Positions 22,930 to 39,825 of a DNA stretch of 64,000 bases are shown one piece after another. Made by a program: the position numbers and the translations under genes. A model generated the notes under the pieces. It did not search any database, had not been told where the DNA came from, and saw nothing but the letters and a program-made list of their open reading frames with translations. How positions within the stretch are numbered: the first letter of the stretch is position 1; the number at the start of each line of letters is the position of its first letter. The stretch is from positions 46,810,001 through 46,874,000 of the forward strand of contig OZ024744.1 in the NCBI GenBank assembly GCA_964016885.1. The letters are read 5' to 3'. This DNA is from Eledone cirrhosa. Lineage: Eukaryota.

Positions 22930-25485
22930 TTGGGGAGGGTCATATTGTTGTAATAATATTGCCAGAATTAATAACAGAACACACTCACTGTTTGGTTGGT
23001 TTTCGCTTCTGTATATTTTATATCTCCATAGTTAATACATTTGGCCATCAATGTTTATCATTGACTGACCAACGGTAAAAAATACAGATATAAATACATA
23101 TATATATAGTCTAACAAAGTCTGCAACATCATCAGTGGTACTATTATCATGTTTCCCCTGCTGTATTGTATGTATTGTAGTGTCTACGCCATTTTAATTT
23201 TATCTATTTATTTATTTTTGTCTTCTCTGCGCATGCGTTTGCGTGTGTATTCATGTTTTGGTTATTGTATTCTATCTTAGTTTACTAGTGTGTGTTTATA
23301 TGTGTTTGGTGTATGTATTTATTTATTTATTTATATTTTTCTTAAGTCAGTATTGTTTGTTTGGGTGTTGTTATTCCATTCATTTTTTCTGTTTAGTTTT
23401 GGCTTTCTAAGCTCTATTTCGCTTGCTTCTCTGATTTGCCTATCTGTTGGGTCATTTCTATGTTTAGATATTATTTTAAATTCTATGTTTTCTATGTTAC
23501 CGTTATGTTGTTGTCTGGCATGTTCGTATAGTACTGGACCGATTTTTTTGTCCTTTTAATTCCCCCCGGTGTTGGTCTATTCTTTCTCCTATACTTTGAG
23601 CTGTCTCACCTATGTATGTCGTTGTCATGTTTCTGCAAGTACCCTCTGTACATCTTATGCTATAGACTACATTTCTAGTTTTACAGTTTATCGGGGGGGG
23701 GGGGGTTACTTTACATATAACACATTTCTTATTAGTACAGTGGGTTTTCTTAAAAAGGTATGTTTTGCTGATCGGGGATTTTATGGTAGTTCCTGGCTTT
23801 TCTACCACTTTAATCTTTAAATGGGTCTTCCTTAAGGCCTTTCTACATTGGTTAGCTAATTTCCCTCCAGGGGTAACATCAACGAACATGACACTCTGGT
23901 ATCTCTGGTTGTACCATGAGGTGGCTTTCCCTATCTTATGTTTAGTCCTATTTAAGCTATTCCATGATTTGCTCCTGTATAATGGGCAAATTCCTTTCAT
24001 GTCCAGTTCTATGAGGGTTTTATACTGCTTTGTGGCTCCTTTGGATACTCTGATTCTGTCTCTTTGGCTGTAGTCAGAGAACTGCATGCGGTTGATGAAG
24101 TGTTGGATGTGTCTTTCCATTTCTGTTGGGTCACACATGCGGGACACGTTCTTCATGACTCGTACCAAGTCTGCGATCAGAATATTAAACTTAGCACTAC
24201 TGGACATTGCTGAGTTTTTGAGTATCAGGTATTTGGAGGCCATGGGTTTAGCATAGTGTGAGTGGAGAATTTGGGCCCTCTTGTCTGTAGTGTTTAACCA
24301 GAGTTCCGTGTCTAATACAGGTAGTCTATTGTTAGGGTGTTTGGAAGGGTAGTCAATGGTTACAGTTATACTCTGGTGTATGGAGTTAGCTATCTGCTGG
24401 ATGCTTTCCATTGTGCTATCTTCTAATTTATGTTTATTAGTATTCTCTTGTGGGGGTGTTCTTATTACTATATTAATATCGTCTACGTAACGAGAGTACA
24501 TGATGAGGTCTTTGGAGCTCTCTTCTAGATCTTTGAGTCTCCTTTCCCACCATACCATAAAAAGGTTGGCAACATCACCAGCTATGCTGACGCCAATGGC
24601 TGCTCCCTCATTTTGGGTGTAGATCCTTTTATTGAATTTGAATATGTGGCCATTTAGGGTAGTTTTAATACTAGCCCCTATTACATGCGCGACCATTTTT
24701 CTCACCGGATCATTGTTTTTAGGTGTCCATATGGCTTTGGTCCACCCAATCAACCTTCCCATGGAAGTCATTTTGCCATTGAGGTTATGGTGGGGGGTCT
24801 ACCTCATATGGGTCTACTGGGGCAGAAACGGCTAAGGTCATGGCTGTCTAGTTACTCGGTGTCATAAGCAAATCTAAATAGGAGGCCCAGTTTATCTGTG
24901 TCGATGTTGCAGAACTCCACCTCACTATCACTGATTATCTCCACACATTTTTGCACAACAAAATCAATGTTAATGGATGGTTATAGTGATACCACATCCA
25001 TACTGCCTATTATGCAGTTAGATAGGTTTTTGTTTTTGTGGCACTCATTGATTCTGCTGAGGAGGTCCTCTGTACTGTCACATACGTCTGGGGGCATATA
25101 ACCATTAAGAGGAAGTAGGAGATCCTGCAGTTGCTAGTGATATTGGCTCCGCATACAGGTCTTGTTGGTGGTCCTGTCGTCGGGTCGTCGGCTGTTTTAT
25201 GGTCTTTGCGGAGTCCATACAAGTGTGGTATGTCATTGTTAGATACCTGAGGCTATCCAAGCCTTCTACAGTTTTCCTTCCAAGTTTTTGGACCTTAGGT
25301 CTGATTTGTCTCTTAGTATATCGGTCTACTATTTGTCTAATTTTATTTATTGCTATGGTGAACTGTGCTTCTGTCTCGTCATCTATTTGTTGTGGTACAC
25401 AAACCCTTTTATTAAAAAGTAACTTAGTGGGATACATTTTACTCATCTTATATATTCTGTCAGCTGGGTTGAAAAATTTGCAAAA
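22929..25485 (-). mobile_element. Penelope-like retroelement (RT + GIY-YIG), degraded, flanked by TA tracts
   Basis: ORF 23503-24771 has YTQNEGAAIG and YSRYVDD (RT) and NVVYSIRC...YIGET...ERIDQH (GIY-YIG). Upstream are LYGLRKDHK..RPV motifs. Confidence 0.92.
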
Positions 25486-25689
25486 CTAATATATATATAT
25501 ATATAGAGTGTTTGTAAATTCTGTACCATACAGTTTTGTCAGCACAAGTCTTAGTTACAACTCCTACAAATAAAATTAAAGGAGAAAAATTTCAGAATAA
25601 ACAAGTTTTATTCAAAATATTAACATTGGTGGCAGTGTTTTGGGTGAATGATATGGTTTTTATCTTGTCTGATTGTGTTTGTGTTGCAT

Positions 25690-27160
<1,471 letters not shown>

Positions 27161-28171
27161 GTTTCTTCTTCCCTTGGCAGAATTTACAGATGTTATTCTT
27201 GTGTTATTTTTTATATTATATTCATAAAAATATTTCCTCTGCTATATTTCCCCCAAATGTGACCTCAGTCAAGATCTGAAGATGATGCAAACTTCTTTTT
27301 GACCTAAGTTTAGTGAAGATTCAAAATCATCTTGTAAATATTTCAGATGGTGATGAAATGATATTTTTCAAAGAAACACAGTTCTGAGGAAATATTTCAC
27401 AGTAATTCTGCCAAATATTTATATAAATAGTGTTATATGAGTTCCGTATCAAAAGCTTTAGTCTTGAAATGATGATAAATAAAGGGGATGTATTCAAGAT
27501 TAAAAAATAATTTCATCCCAATGTCATCTGATATTCTGAAATAAGAAAGAAACAGGATGAGATAATAGAGAATACTTTAGAACCAGATATAGATTTAACA
27601 TTGGAAATGTATATTTCTATATTGATAATCTGTAGATATCAACATTCATGTCCAGAGTTATTCTCTCCAATGTAAGCAGTGGTATTCCAACATGCTCTAT
27701 ACATTTTATCTTTCTAACTCTTGGGAGGTCTGCCCTATAGCCTTTACCCAGGAACTTTATTCTCATATGACATTCTAACATGGGAATTGTCTGAGACCTG
27801 TGATGTGTAACTTGACAGTTCCTTGAGTAACAGTTCTTTCTACCTGGAAGGGAAAAATGCTGTGCAATTGCTCAATAGCAGTCAAAGTATTCTCACACAA
27901 GGGTACCCGGGGCAACCCACCAACATGACTTGTGTTAGTCCTGTAGACACAATTAGTGGGAATTCTATTTGCAGGGCTTTCCATAATTTTGGCGTTTTTT
28001 TCTTTTCTGGTTGGATGCCCTTCCTCTCATCAACCCCTTAACAGCAAGGACAGGGTGTATTGTTCGTGGCACTAGAGAGGTTATTTTACTGGACTTAAGA
28101 ACTTTCTACCCAGTATCAGTTTCTATTTCAAGTGTCCACAGTGATGATGATATATACATATATATATATGT

Positions 28172-28270
<99 letters not shown>

Positions 28271-28274
28271 TATA

Positions 28275-28506
28275 CTACCAGATGTACCCGGCGTTGCTCG
28301 GGAAATGAATGACAGCCTGAATTGTTTAAGGTCGTTTATGGCTTAGCTAGCAATTTCTGAGTGCATGTCAGCTAATTGGCTAGCCAATGAGAGGTTGCCT
28401 CAATAGCACGTGCTAAATCGGCCTAGTACTTCAAAAGTTAAAAGGAGCCTAGTATTTGTACATAGACAGACAGACACACAGACCGACTTACTTTTATATA
28501 TATAGA
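28275..28506 (-). mobile_element. Short Helitron-like element (left-arm copy)
   Basis: Reverse complement of 29038-29277; terminal CTAG is mutated. Confidence 0.75.
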
Positions 28507-28733
28507 TGTACAAATATATATATACACTTAAAAGAAGACGATTTAGATATACACAAAAAAGAAGACGTTTTAGAGACGTATGACATAGATAATAACTGGA
28601 ATTTCTTACGTGACAACTTACTGCAGGCTACTGATGAAACTTGTGGCTGGAGCAGAGCTCCGACCAGATAGAGAGTGACCTGGTGGTGGAACAACACGGT
28701 AGATAAGGCCATTAGAGACAAAAGACTAGCATG

Positions 28734-28774
28734 CCGTGTATCGGTCTCTACTCCCACCATTTTTCCAAGCCTTC
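28734..28774. other. 41-bp spacer at the palindrome centre
   Basis: ...AAAGACTAGCATG|spacer|CATGCTAGTCTTT... On the minus strand the spacer continues a LINE fragment reading WWWNSTVDKAIRDKRLAWKAWKNGGSRDRY. Confidence 0.92.
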
Positions 28775-28980
28775 CATGCTAGTCTTTTGTCTCTAATGGC
28801 CTTATCTACCGTGCTGTTCCACCACCAGGTCACTCTCTGTCTGGTCGGAGCTCTGCTCCAGCCACAAGTTTCAACTGTAGCCTGCAGTAAGTTGTCACGG
28901 AAGAAATTCCAGTTATTATCTATGTCATACGTCTCTAAAACGTCTTCTTTTTTGTGTATATCTAAATCGTCTTCTTTTAA

Positions 28981-29037
<57 letters not shown>

Positions 29038-29277
29038 TCTATATATATAAAAGAAAGTCGGTCTGTGTGTATGTCTGTCTGTCTGTCTATGTACAAATAC
29101 TAGGCTCCTTTTAACTTTTGAAGTACTAGGCCAACTTGGCACGTGCTATTGAGGTGACCTCTCATTGGCTAGCCAATTAGCTGACATGCACTCAGAAATT
29201 GCTAGCTAAGCCATAAACGACGTTAAACAATTCAGGCTGTCATTCATTTCCCGAGCAACGCCGGGTACATCTGCTAG
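29038..29277 (+). mobile_element. Short non-autonomous Helitron-like element
   Basis: A|TCTATATATATAAAAG 5' end, internal (GTCT)n, 3' hairpin CCCGAGCAACGCCGGG and CTAG|T. Inserted between A and T. Confidence 0.8.
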
Positions 29278-29943
29278 TATATATATATGTATATATATAT
29301 GTGTATATATATATATATATTTGTACATATATATATATGTATATATCATCATCATTGTAGACACTTGAAATAGAAACTGATACCGGGTAGAGAGCTCTTA
29401 CGTCCAGTAAAGTAACCTCTCTAGTGCCACGAACAATACACCCGGTCCTTGTTATAAAGGGGTTGATGAGAGGAAGGGCATCCAACCAGAAAAGAAAAAA
29501 ACGCCAAAATTATGGAAAGCCCTGCAAAGAAAATTCCCACTAATTGTGTCTACAGGACTAACACAAGTCATGTTGGTGGGTTGCTCCGGGTACCCTTGTG
29601 TGAGAATACTTTGACTGTTATCGAGCAATTGCACAGCATTTTTCCCTTTCAGGTAGAAAGAACTGTTACTCAAGGAACTGTCAAGTTACACATCTCAGGT
29701 CTCAGACAATTCCCATGTTAGAATGTCATATAAGAATAAAGTTCCTGGGTAAAGGCTATAGGGCAGACATCCCAAGAGTTAGAAAGATAAAATTTATAGA
29801 GCATGCTGAAATACCACTGCTTACATTGGAGAGAATAACTCTGGACATGAATGTTGATATCTACAGATTATCAATATAGAAATATACATTTCCAATGTTA
29901 AATCTATCTCTGGTTCTAAAGTATTCTCTATTATCTCATCCGG

Positions 29944-29960
29944 TTTCTTTCTTATTTCAG
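29944..29960 (+). promoter_or_regulatory. Putative splice acceptor upstream of the ZNF exon (mirror ~27536-27552)
   Basis: TTTCTTTCTTATTTCAG|AATAT, ~375 bp before the ATG at 30336. Confidence 0.5.
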
Positions 29961-30335
29961 AATATCAGATGACATTGGGATGAAATTATTTTTTAATATT
30001 GAATACATCCCCTTTATTTATCATCATTTCAAGACTAAAGCTTTTGATACGGAACTCATATAACACTATTTATATAAATATTTGGCAGAATTACTGTGAA
30101 ATATTTCCTCAGAACTGTGTTTCTTTGAAAAATATCATTTCATCACCATCTGAAATATTTACAAGATGATTTTGAATCTTCACTAAACTTGGGTCAAAAA
30201 GAAGTTTGCATCATCTTCAGATCTTGACTGAGGTCACATTTGGGGGAAATATAGCAGAGGAAATATTTTTATGAATATAATATAGAAAATAACACAAGAA
30301 TAACATCTGTAAATTCTGCCAAGGGAAGAAGAAAC

Positions 30336-31970
<1,635 letters not shown>

Positions 31971-32171
31971 AACACAAACACAATCAGACAAGATAAAAAT
32001 CATATCACTCACCCAAAACACTTCCACCAATGTTGTTAATATTTTGAATAAAACTTGTTTATTCTGAAATTATTCTCCTTTAATTTTATTTGTAGGAGTT
32101 GTAACTAAGACTTGTGCTGACAAAACTGTATGGTACAGAATTTACAAACACTCTATACATATATATATATT

Positions 32172-34721
32172 TGTTTTACAAATTTATCAACCCAGCTGAC
32201 AGAATATATAAGATGAGTAAAATGTATCCCACTAAATTACCTTTTAATAAAAGGGTTTGTGTACCACAACAAATAGATGACGAGACAGAAGCACAGTTCA
32301 CCATAGCAATAAATAAAATTAGACAAATAGTAGACCGATATACTAAGAGACAAATCAGACCAGAGGTCCAAAAACTTGGAAGGAAACCTGTGGAAGGCTT
32401 GGTTATCCTCAAGCAGCGCACAAGGGATGGTGGGGTAGTGTGTCTACCGACAGATAAATCTGGTAGGATGTCGATAGACAGCATGCGGAACTATATCGAG
32501 GCTATGCAACCCCACATCACCAACACTACTCAACAAACACATGAGGGGAGAGAGAAGATCCTCAACGCTCACATGATGATGTGGACCGACATCCTAAAGC
32601 CAAGCAAACGCACTGCCAACAACTTCCAGGCATCTAACAATGACATACCACACTTGTATGGACTCCGCAAAGACCATACGACAGCCGACGACCCAACGAC
32701 AGGACCACCAACAAGACCTGTATGCGGAGCCAATATCGCTAGCAACTACAGGATCTCCTACTTCCTCTTAATGGTTATATGCCACATAATGAAGATGTCC
32801 CCAGATGTATGTGACAGTACAGAGGACCTCCTCAGCAGAATCAATGAGTGCAACAAAAACAAAAACCTATCTAACTGCATAATAGGCAGTATGGATGTGG
32901 TATCACTATAACCATCCATTAACATTGATTTTGTTGTGCAAAAATGTGTGGAGATAATCAGTGAGAGTGAGGTGGAGTTCTGCAACATCGACACAGATAA
33001 ACTGGGCCTCCTATTTAGATTTGCTTATGACACCGAGTAACTAGACAGCCATGACCTTAGCCGTTTCTGCCCCAGTAGACCCATATGTGGTAGACCCCCA
33101 CCATAACCTCAATGGCAAAATGACTTCCATGGGAAGGTTGATTGGGTGGACCAAAGCCATACGGACACCTAAAAACAATGATCCGGTGAGAAAAATGGTC
33201 GCGCATGTAATAGGGGCTAGTATTAAAACTACCCTAAATGGCCACATATTCAAATTCAATAAAAAGATCTACACCCAAAATGAGGGAGCAGCCATTGGTG
33301 TCAGCATAGATGGTGATGTTGCCAACCTTTTTATGGTATGGTGGGAAAGGAGACTCAAAGATCTTGCAGAGAGCTCCAAAGACCTCATCATGTACTCTCG
33401 TTACGTAGACGATATTAATATAGTAATAAGAACACCCCCACAAGAGAATACTAATAAACATAAATTAGAAGATAGCACAATGGAAAGCATCCAGCAGATA
33501 GCTAACTCCATACACCAGAGTATAACTGTAACCATTGACTACCCTTCCAAACACCCTAACAATAGACTACCTGTATTAGACACGGAACTCTAGTTAAACA
33601 CTACAGACAAGAGGGCCCAAATTCTCCACTCACACTATGCTAAACCCATGGCCTCCAAATACCTGATACTCAAAAACTCAGCAATGTCCAATTTAATATT
33701 AAGTTTAATATTCTGATCGCAGACTTGGTACGAGTGATGAAGAATGTGTCCCGCATGTGTGACCCAACAGAAATGGAAAGACACATCCAACACTTCATCA
33801 ACCGCATGCAGTTCTCCGACTACAACCAAAGAGACAGAATCAGAGTATCCAAAGGATCACGGAGAAGTATAAAACCCTCATAGAACTGGACATGAAAGGA
33901 ATTTGCCCATTATACAGGAGCAAATCATGGAATAGCTTCAATAGGACTAAACATAAGATATGGAAAGCCACCTCATGGTACAACAACCAGAGATACCAGA
34001 GTGTCATGTTCGTTGATGTTACCCCTGGAGGGAAATTAGCTAACCAATGTAGAAAGGCCTTAAGGAAGACCCATTTAAAGATTAAAGTGGTAGAAAAGCC
34101 AGGAACTACCATAAAATCCCCGATCAGCAAAACATACCTTTTTAAGAAAACCCACTGTACTAATAAGAAATGTGTTATATGTAAAGTAAACCCCCCGATA
34201 AACTGTAAAACTAGAAATGTAGTCCATAGCATAAGATGTACAGAGGGTACTTGCAGAAACATGACAGCGACATACATAGGTGAGACAGCTCAAAGTATAG
34301 GAGAAAGAATAGACCAACACCGGGGGGAATTAAAAGGACAAAAAAATCGGTCCAGTACTATACGAACATGCCAGACAACAACATAACGGTAACATAGAAA
34401 ACATAGAATTTAAAATAATATCTAAACATAGAAATGACCCAACAGATAGGCAAATCAGAGAAGCAAGCGAAATAGAGCTTAGAAAGCCAAAACTAAACAG
34501 AAAAAATGAATGGAATAGCAACAACACCCAAACAAACAATACTGACTTAAGAAAAATATAAATAAATAAATAAATACATACACCAAACACATAAATAAAT
34601 CAATACATGGCCAAATGAATTAACTATGGAGATATAAAATATACAGAAGCGAAAACCAACCAAACCGTGAGTGTGTTCTCTTATTAATTCTGACAATATT
34701 ATTACAATATGACGTCCCAAG
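32172..34721 (+). mobile_element. Penelope-like retroelement (right-arm copy)
   Basis: ORFs 32114-32911, 33051-33593 (YVDD) and 33892-34386 (GIY-YIG), with stops and frameshifts. Confidence 0.92.
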
Positions 34722-34743
34722 TATATATATATATATATATATA

Positions 34744-35235
34744 TATAATAACTAGGAATTGATCAACATATATATAAATAAATATAAACAGGAAAAATCA
34801 CAGGAGATAATTTTTACAAGCGTGTAACCACGCATGGCTAGTAGGTAATAAATAAATAAAGTTAACTAGAACTTCAAAAATATATACCTTTTAATGATTA
34901 ATCTTCCCTGTATATATTTCATTAAAGAAATATATTTCACCAATTAATCAGATGGTAAGTCACGGAAAGTGGATATTATTGGATTATCGACAAGGAAGAA
35001 TAATATCAAGCGATCCATGTTTACACTTCGAGTCAAAATCTTAAACTGGCCGTTACCACGTGTTGATATTACACATCACAGCGGCTTCCTGTGATTTTTC
35101 ATGTTTATATTTATTTATATATATATGTTGATCAATTCCTAGTTATTATAAAATGCTCGTACCTACAAAGTCCTAGAGCCTATTTTCCGGGCGATATGGC
35201 GCATTCCGTTAAGGAATGACACCCACAATTTCGAT
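34744..35235. mobile_element. Right-arm-only fold-back insert in (TA)n with a degenerate hammerhead-like fold (~34903-34959, minus)
   Basis: Arms 34744-34805 / 35087-35150. Minus strand reads CTGATTA-attggt-GAAA-TATATTTC..GAAATATA-TA; stem I is poor. Confidence 0.65.
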
Positions 35236-35630
35236 TCTGATTGAATTCTTTTAATATATATATATATAGTAATAATAATAAATTTGAAGATTAAAATCCA
35301 AAGACCACATCTTAAACAAAAAATCTGAGGCAATTTCGGCTTGTAAACATAAATTGCACAAAACTTTCCTGTATTACAGCCCCACATTATACCTTAACGG
35401 ATAGTACGAACTAACGTGGATATTCTACATCTTGATGTGTTAGCTAAGTATATGTTATGTTTATACCATTACTTATTTGTATAGGGAACATTTCCACGAA
35501 CCAAAGTATCGTCTTCCTGTCTTCCTCCTTTTGAAATATTCACTTCTGCGTTCACAGATTGACTTTGTTAGTTTCAGAAGATCCCGTTAATGGTGAAAGC
35601 AGCGATTCGTTGCTTAATCTTTAATCTGCT

Positions 35631-35667
<37 letters not shown>

Positions 35668-35674
<7 letters not shown>

Positions 35675-36266
35675 ATACTTGGGGAGGGTCATATTTGTGT
35701 AATATTGCCAGAATTAATAACAGAACACACTCACTGTTTGGTTGGTTTTCGCTTCTCGCTGTCTTTTATATCTGCGATCTAACTTAATCGGTCCTCAATG
35801 TTGCCATTGACTGACCGACGGTCAAAAATAATACAGATACAATATAGACACAAACACATATATATAGTTTACATAATTTACATAAATCTTTCGTTGCACA
35901 TCTGCAACATCGTCAGTGGTGTTATATTTTTTCCTCCTGTTGTGTTGTATGTCTACGCCATCTTTTATTCAGTCTGTCTATATATTTATTTATTTATTTG
36001 CTTGTTTGTTTATTTTATTTTGTCTTCTTTGCGCATGTGTTTGCGTGTGTATAGTGACCGTCGGTCAGTCAATGGCAACATTGAGGACCGATTAAGTTAG
36101 ATCGCAGATATAAAAGACAACGAGAAGCGAAAACCAACCAAACAGTGAGTGTGTTCTGTTATTAATTCTGGCAATATTACACAAATATGACCCTCCCCAT
36201 GTATAACAATATTTGTTTCGACACACGATTTCATATAAAAAACCTCGCTAAACTAATTCATCGCCG

Positions 36267-36268
<2 letters not shown>
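35668..36268. mobile_element. Right-arm-only solo Penelope terminal repeat with ~155-bp inverted partial copy
   Basis: 35668-36050 is homologous to the Penelope 3' end at 22929-23250, and 35668-35824 is the reverse complement of 36055-36212. Minus strand has CTGACGA-t-GTTGCA gatg TGCAAC-GAAA at ~35889-35916. Confidence 0.85.
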
Positions 36269-36331
<63 letters not shown>

Positions 36332-37319
36332 CATATATATGTATGTGTGTGTAAATTTCTGTCCATGAATATGATTGTATATGTATATGTACGTGCGTAT
36401 AATTATGTGCATCTGTGTGTATGTATCTGTATATTTATATATGTGTTCTTATATACATGTGTGCACATCTGGATATATTTTCAGTGTCTGTTCTAGCTCT
36501 CTCAGTACAGATCTCACTGAGGTGAAGCTGCATATATATTTTGAGGTCCATAAATGAAATACCAGTGAAATACTGGGGTTGATTCTTCCTGTTTGTCATT
36601 GTCTGTCTGTTTACTGTTCTCCTGTCTCTCTCTATATATATATGAGCGCGACACTTGCCTCTAAATTGGACAAACCCGTCCAACCCATGCTAGCGTGGAA
36701 GATAGACATTAATCGATGATGATGATGATTTCTAGGGATTGTAACATTATTACCACAACAGAAGTCTGATGAGCTATTGATTTTAGAGTCAGGCTAGACC
36801 GAACCTTGAGCTGATCGATAGCAAAACGTGCTTCACTGCTCAATAAACGTAATGAAGACATGACAAACCTTCCTTTATATATATATGTATATATACACAC
36901 ATATACATTTCTATTGGTGCTTTAAGATAGCGACATATATATATGAATGTACGTATTGTATATTTAATAATATACTGTATGTTTAGTTAAAAACACTTTG
37001 AAGGCCTTTTGCTATTAGTTTAAGGTAGTAACTATAGTCACACACCTGGCTTCAGCAAAACCAAAGGGAAATAACCAACGATTGTTTCTCACTTTTTAAT
37101 GGTTATCAAGGTTATATATCCCCTATTTTTGCTGTGAGCTGTAGAAGGTGGATTCTTATAGAATTCCAATTATGTTTATGCGCTGTTTAAACTCATTAAC
37201 ATACAGGTTGCCTGAAGCTAGGTATGTGACGTCTGTCAATATCTTAAATTCATAGCGCAAGGCCTTCAAAATGATTTCAGATAAACATACAGTATATTAT
37301 TAAATATACAATACCTATA

Positions 37320-37401
<82 letters not shown>

Positions 37402-38554
37402 TGAGGATGTGTGCGTGTGAGTTTTGAATCCCTAAAATTCGAGAAGTACCCAACCGATTTTTTTCAAACTTTGCACATGTATTACTTATATTTCAGGAGT
37501 GTTATGCACATTAAAAAATTCTACTTTTTCCTAGGGCCTCCAGTAGGTGAAAGACACCGTTTTTCCAGCTCTTTAGGGGTTATTTGAGGCGTTACGCCAG
37601 ACTGATTTCCTTGAAATTGTAACTATGTATTAGTCAGTCTCTTCTTCATACCGAGAGCAAAGAAAATACAACTTTGTTATGGCCTAGGGTCCGCATTAGG
37701 TGAAAAACTTCACTGAGGAAAATCTTAAAGATTATCCAGCCATCAGAGTATTCAGTTTATTTTCTTTACATATTGTCCAGGCATGCAGTTTTTCCACGAT
37801 TAGGTCTGTTAGCGGCCCGCGTTCCAAAATACCTTATCCTGTGAAACGCCGGGTACCACTGCTAGTATATATATACACTTAAGAAAATTAACAAATTGAG
37901 GACCAGAAAAATGAAAACACGGCAAAACGAAAAACTATTTTTTTAAGGGGAAACCGTAAAAAATAATTTTTTGAAAATGAAAATAGAAATGAAAGGCACA
38001 GAACTCCAGGTTCATCAGTTTTACAGATGGACCTTGCCAGTTTCAACCCCTACCAATGGTACTGCTTGTACACCCGGGGTGAGAGGAGGTCACAAATATT
38101 AAAATGCGCTCATCAGATCTCAGACCACCTGCAATTTCAATCTGAGATTACTGCGAAGAATGGGAGGCTCGTAACAATGGAGAAATAAATATCTTCGTTA
38201 GTACCCATTCTCTTCAAGTCAACTCACAGCCGCTGATTTCTGTCCTTCGAGGTAATGTTTTACCCAACACCACTTTGATGGTATTTTACTGTTTTATCAG
38301 CTTCCTTATGCTGAGTTTTTCTACTTTCCTACAAATTCTAATAAAGTGGCGTTTCAAAACTCGATATCCGAGTTAATATTCTTTATATATAAAAAGAATA
38401 CGAACACAGACATATACATATATGTGTTCAAATCGTAAGGGACTAGATTCGCTAAGACGAAAAGAATACTAACTATAGGCAATAGGGTTTGTCAGACTTA
38501 ATTTAAGAATAAATCAAGAAAATAAATACAAACCATAATTGCGGTAACTACCAA

Positions 38555-38635
38555 TCACCCGGAGAGTTTTGATAATACTGTTTCGCAGTATTAATTGTGA
38601 AAAGGACTACCATATTCTCGCTGATCAGCGGGTGA
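38555..38635 (-). ncRNA. Degenerate type I hammerhead (core CUGAUCA); more decayed mirror at ~19925-20005
   Basis: TCACCCG-CTGATCA-GC..GC-GAAA-CAGT..ACTC-TC-CGGGTGA, with a perfect 7-bp stem I. Confidence 0.55.
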
Positions 38636-39726
38636 AGAAATATTAGTATCCTCTCACTTCTAAAAAAAAACTGGATAGTGTGTTTATATATAACGCACAT
38701 TGTATCAGAACTTAGCGTTTCTCGCAACCTCATACCACTAAAAATAGCAGCCGGGTTTACTCGACATTTGAATTAGCTCGACGAATTAACGGAGCCGAAT
38801 ATATTCAAGGCATATATTGAGTTAGAAACTCAAAATAGTCTCTTACAATAAATTAGCTCTAGGAAATTGTCTATAGTTAGTATTCTTTTCACCTTAGCGA
38901 ATCTAGTCCCTTATGATTTGATCACATATACATATATGTCTGTGTTTGTTTTCTTTTTGTTCAGTTATATTATACGGCTCGGAAACATCTCTTTCCTAGA
39001 GCTAATTTATTGTAAGAGACTATTTTGAGTTTCTAACTCAATATATACCTTGAATATATTCTTTATATATATATATATATTTAGGGCGGGTAAAATTCCC
39101 GAGATCCATGAACGAGTTCTCTCCAGCGGTCTCTGTCCCTCATCATCGCTACCACGTCCTGTGTCTCCAAGGGACTGGTGTCTGTCCTTAGGGCATCAAT
39201 ATATGTCAACCTCGGTCTCCATCTTCTAGTGTATCCCACAGGAACACTGAGTGCAGTGTCAACTCTGAATGTCGGTGAGCATGTCCAGCTAACCTCAGTC
39301 TCCTCTGTGCTACATTTCAGGTGACTTTAGGGAGGTTCCCAGACAGAAAGAGATAAATATATACAGACCGCCTCAAAAACTATTATATCTCCCAGACAGA
39401 TTAGTGATTAATCTGTTTCGCCCTGAGTGTGTTTGTAACAGATAATCCACGGGCTTCATCAGCGAGAGAATCTCATTAAATGTGAAATATTCATTTTGTG
39501 TGACTGTTAGCATTAGGTGTTTGTCGCATTTAATCCGATTCTCTCGTTGACGATGCCCGTGGATTGATTATCTGTTACAAAGACACTCAGGGCGAAACAG
39601 ATTAATCACTAATCTGTCCGGGAGATATAATAGTTATTGAGGCGGTCTTTACTGTGTTTATTACTACATATATTATTATTATAATGGTCAGTATTTATAC
39701 TTTGAGCTTGGTAATTACAGGGTTTC

Positions 39727-39825
<99 letters not shown>

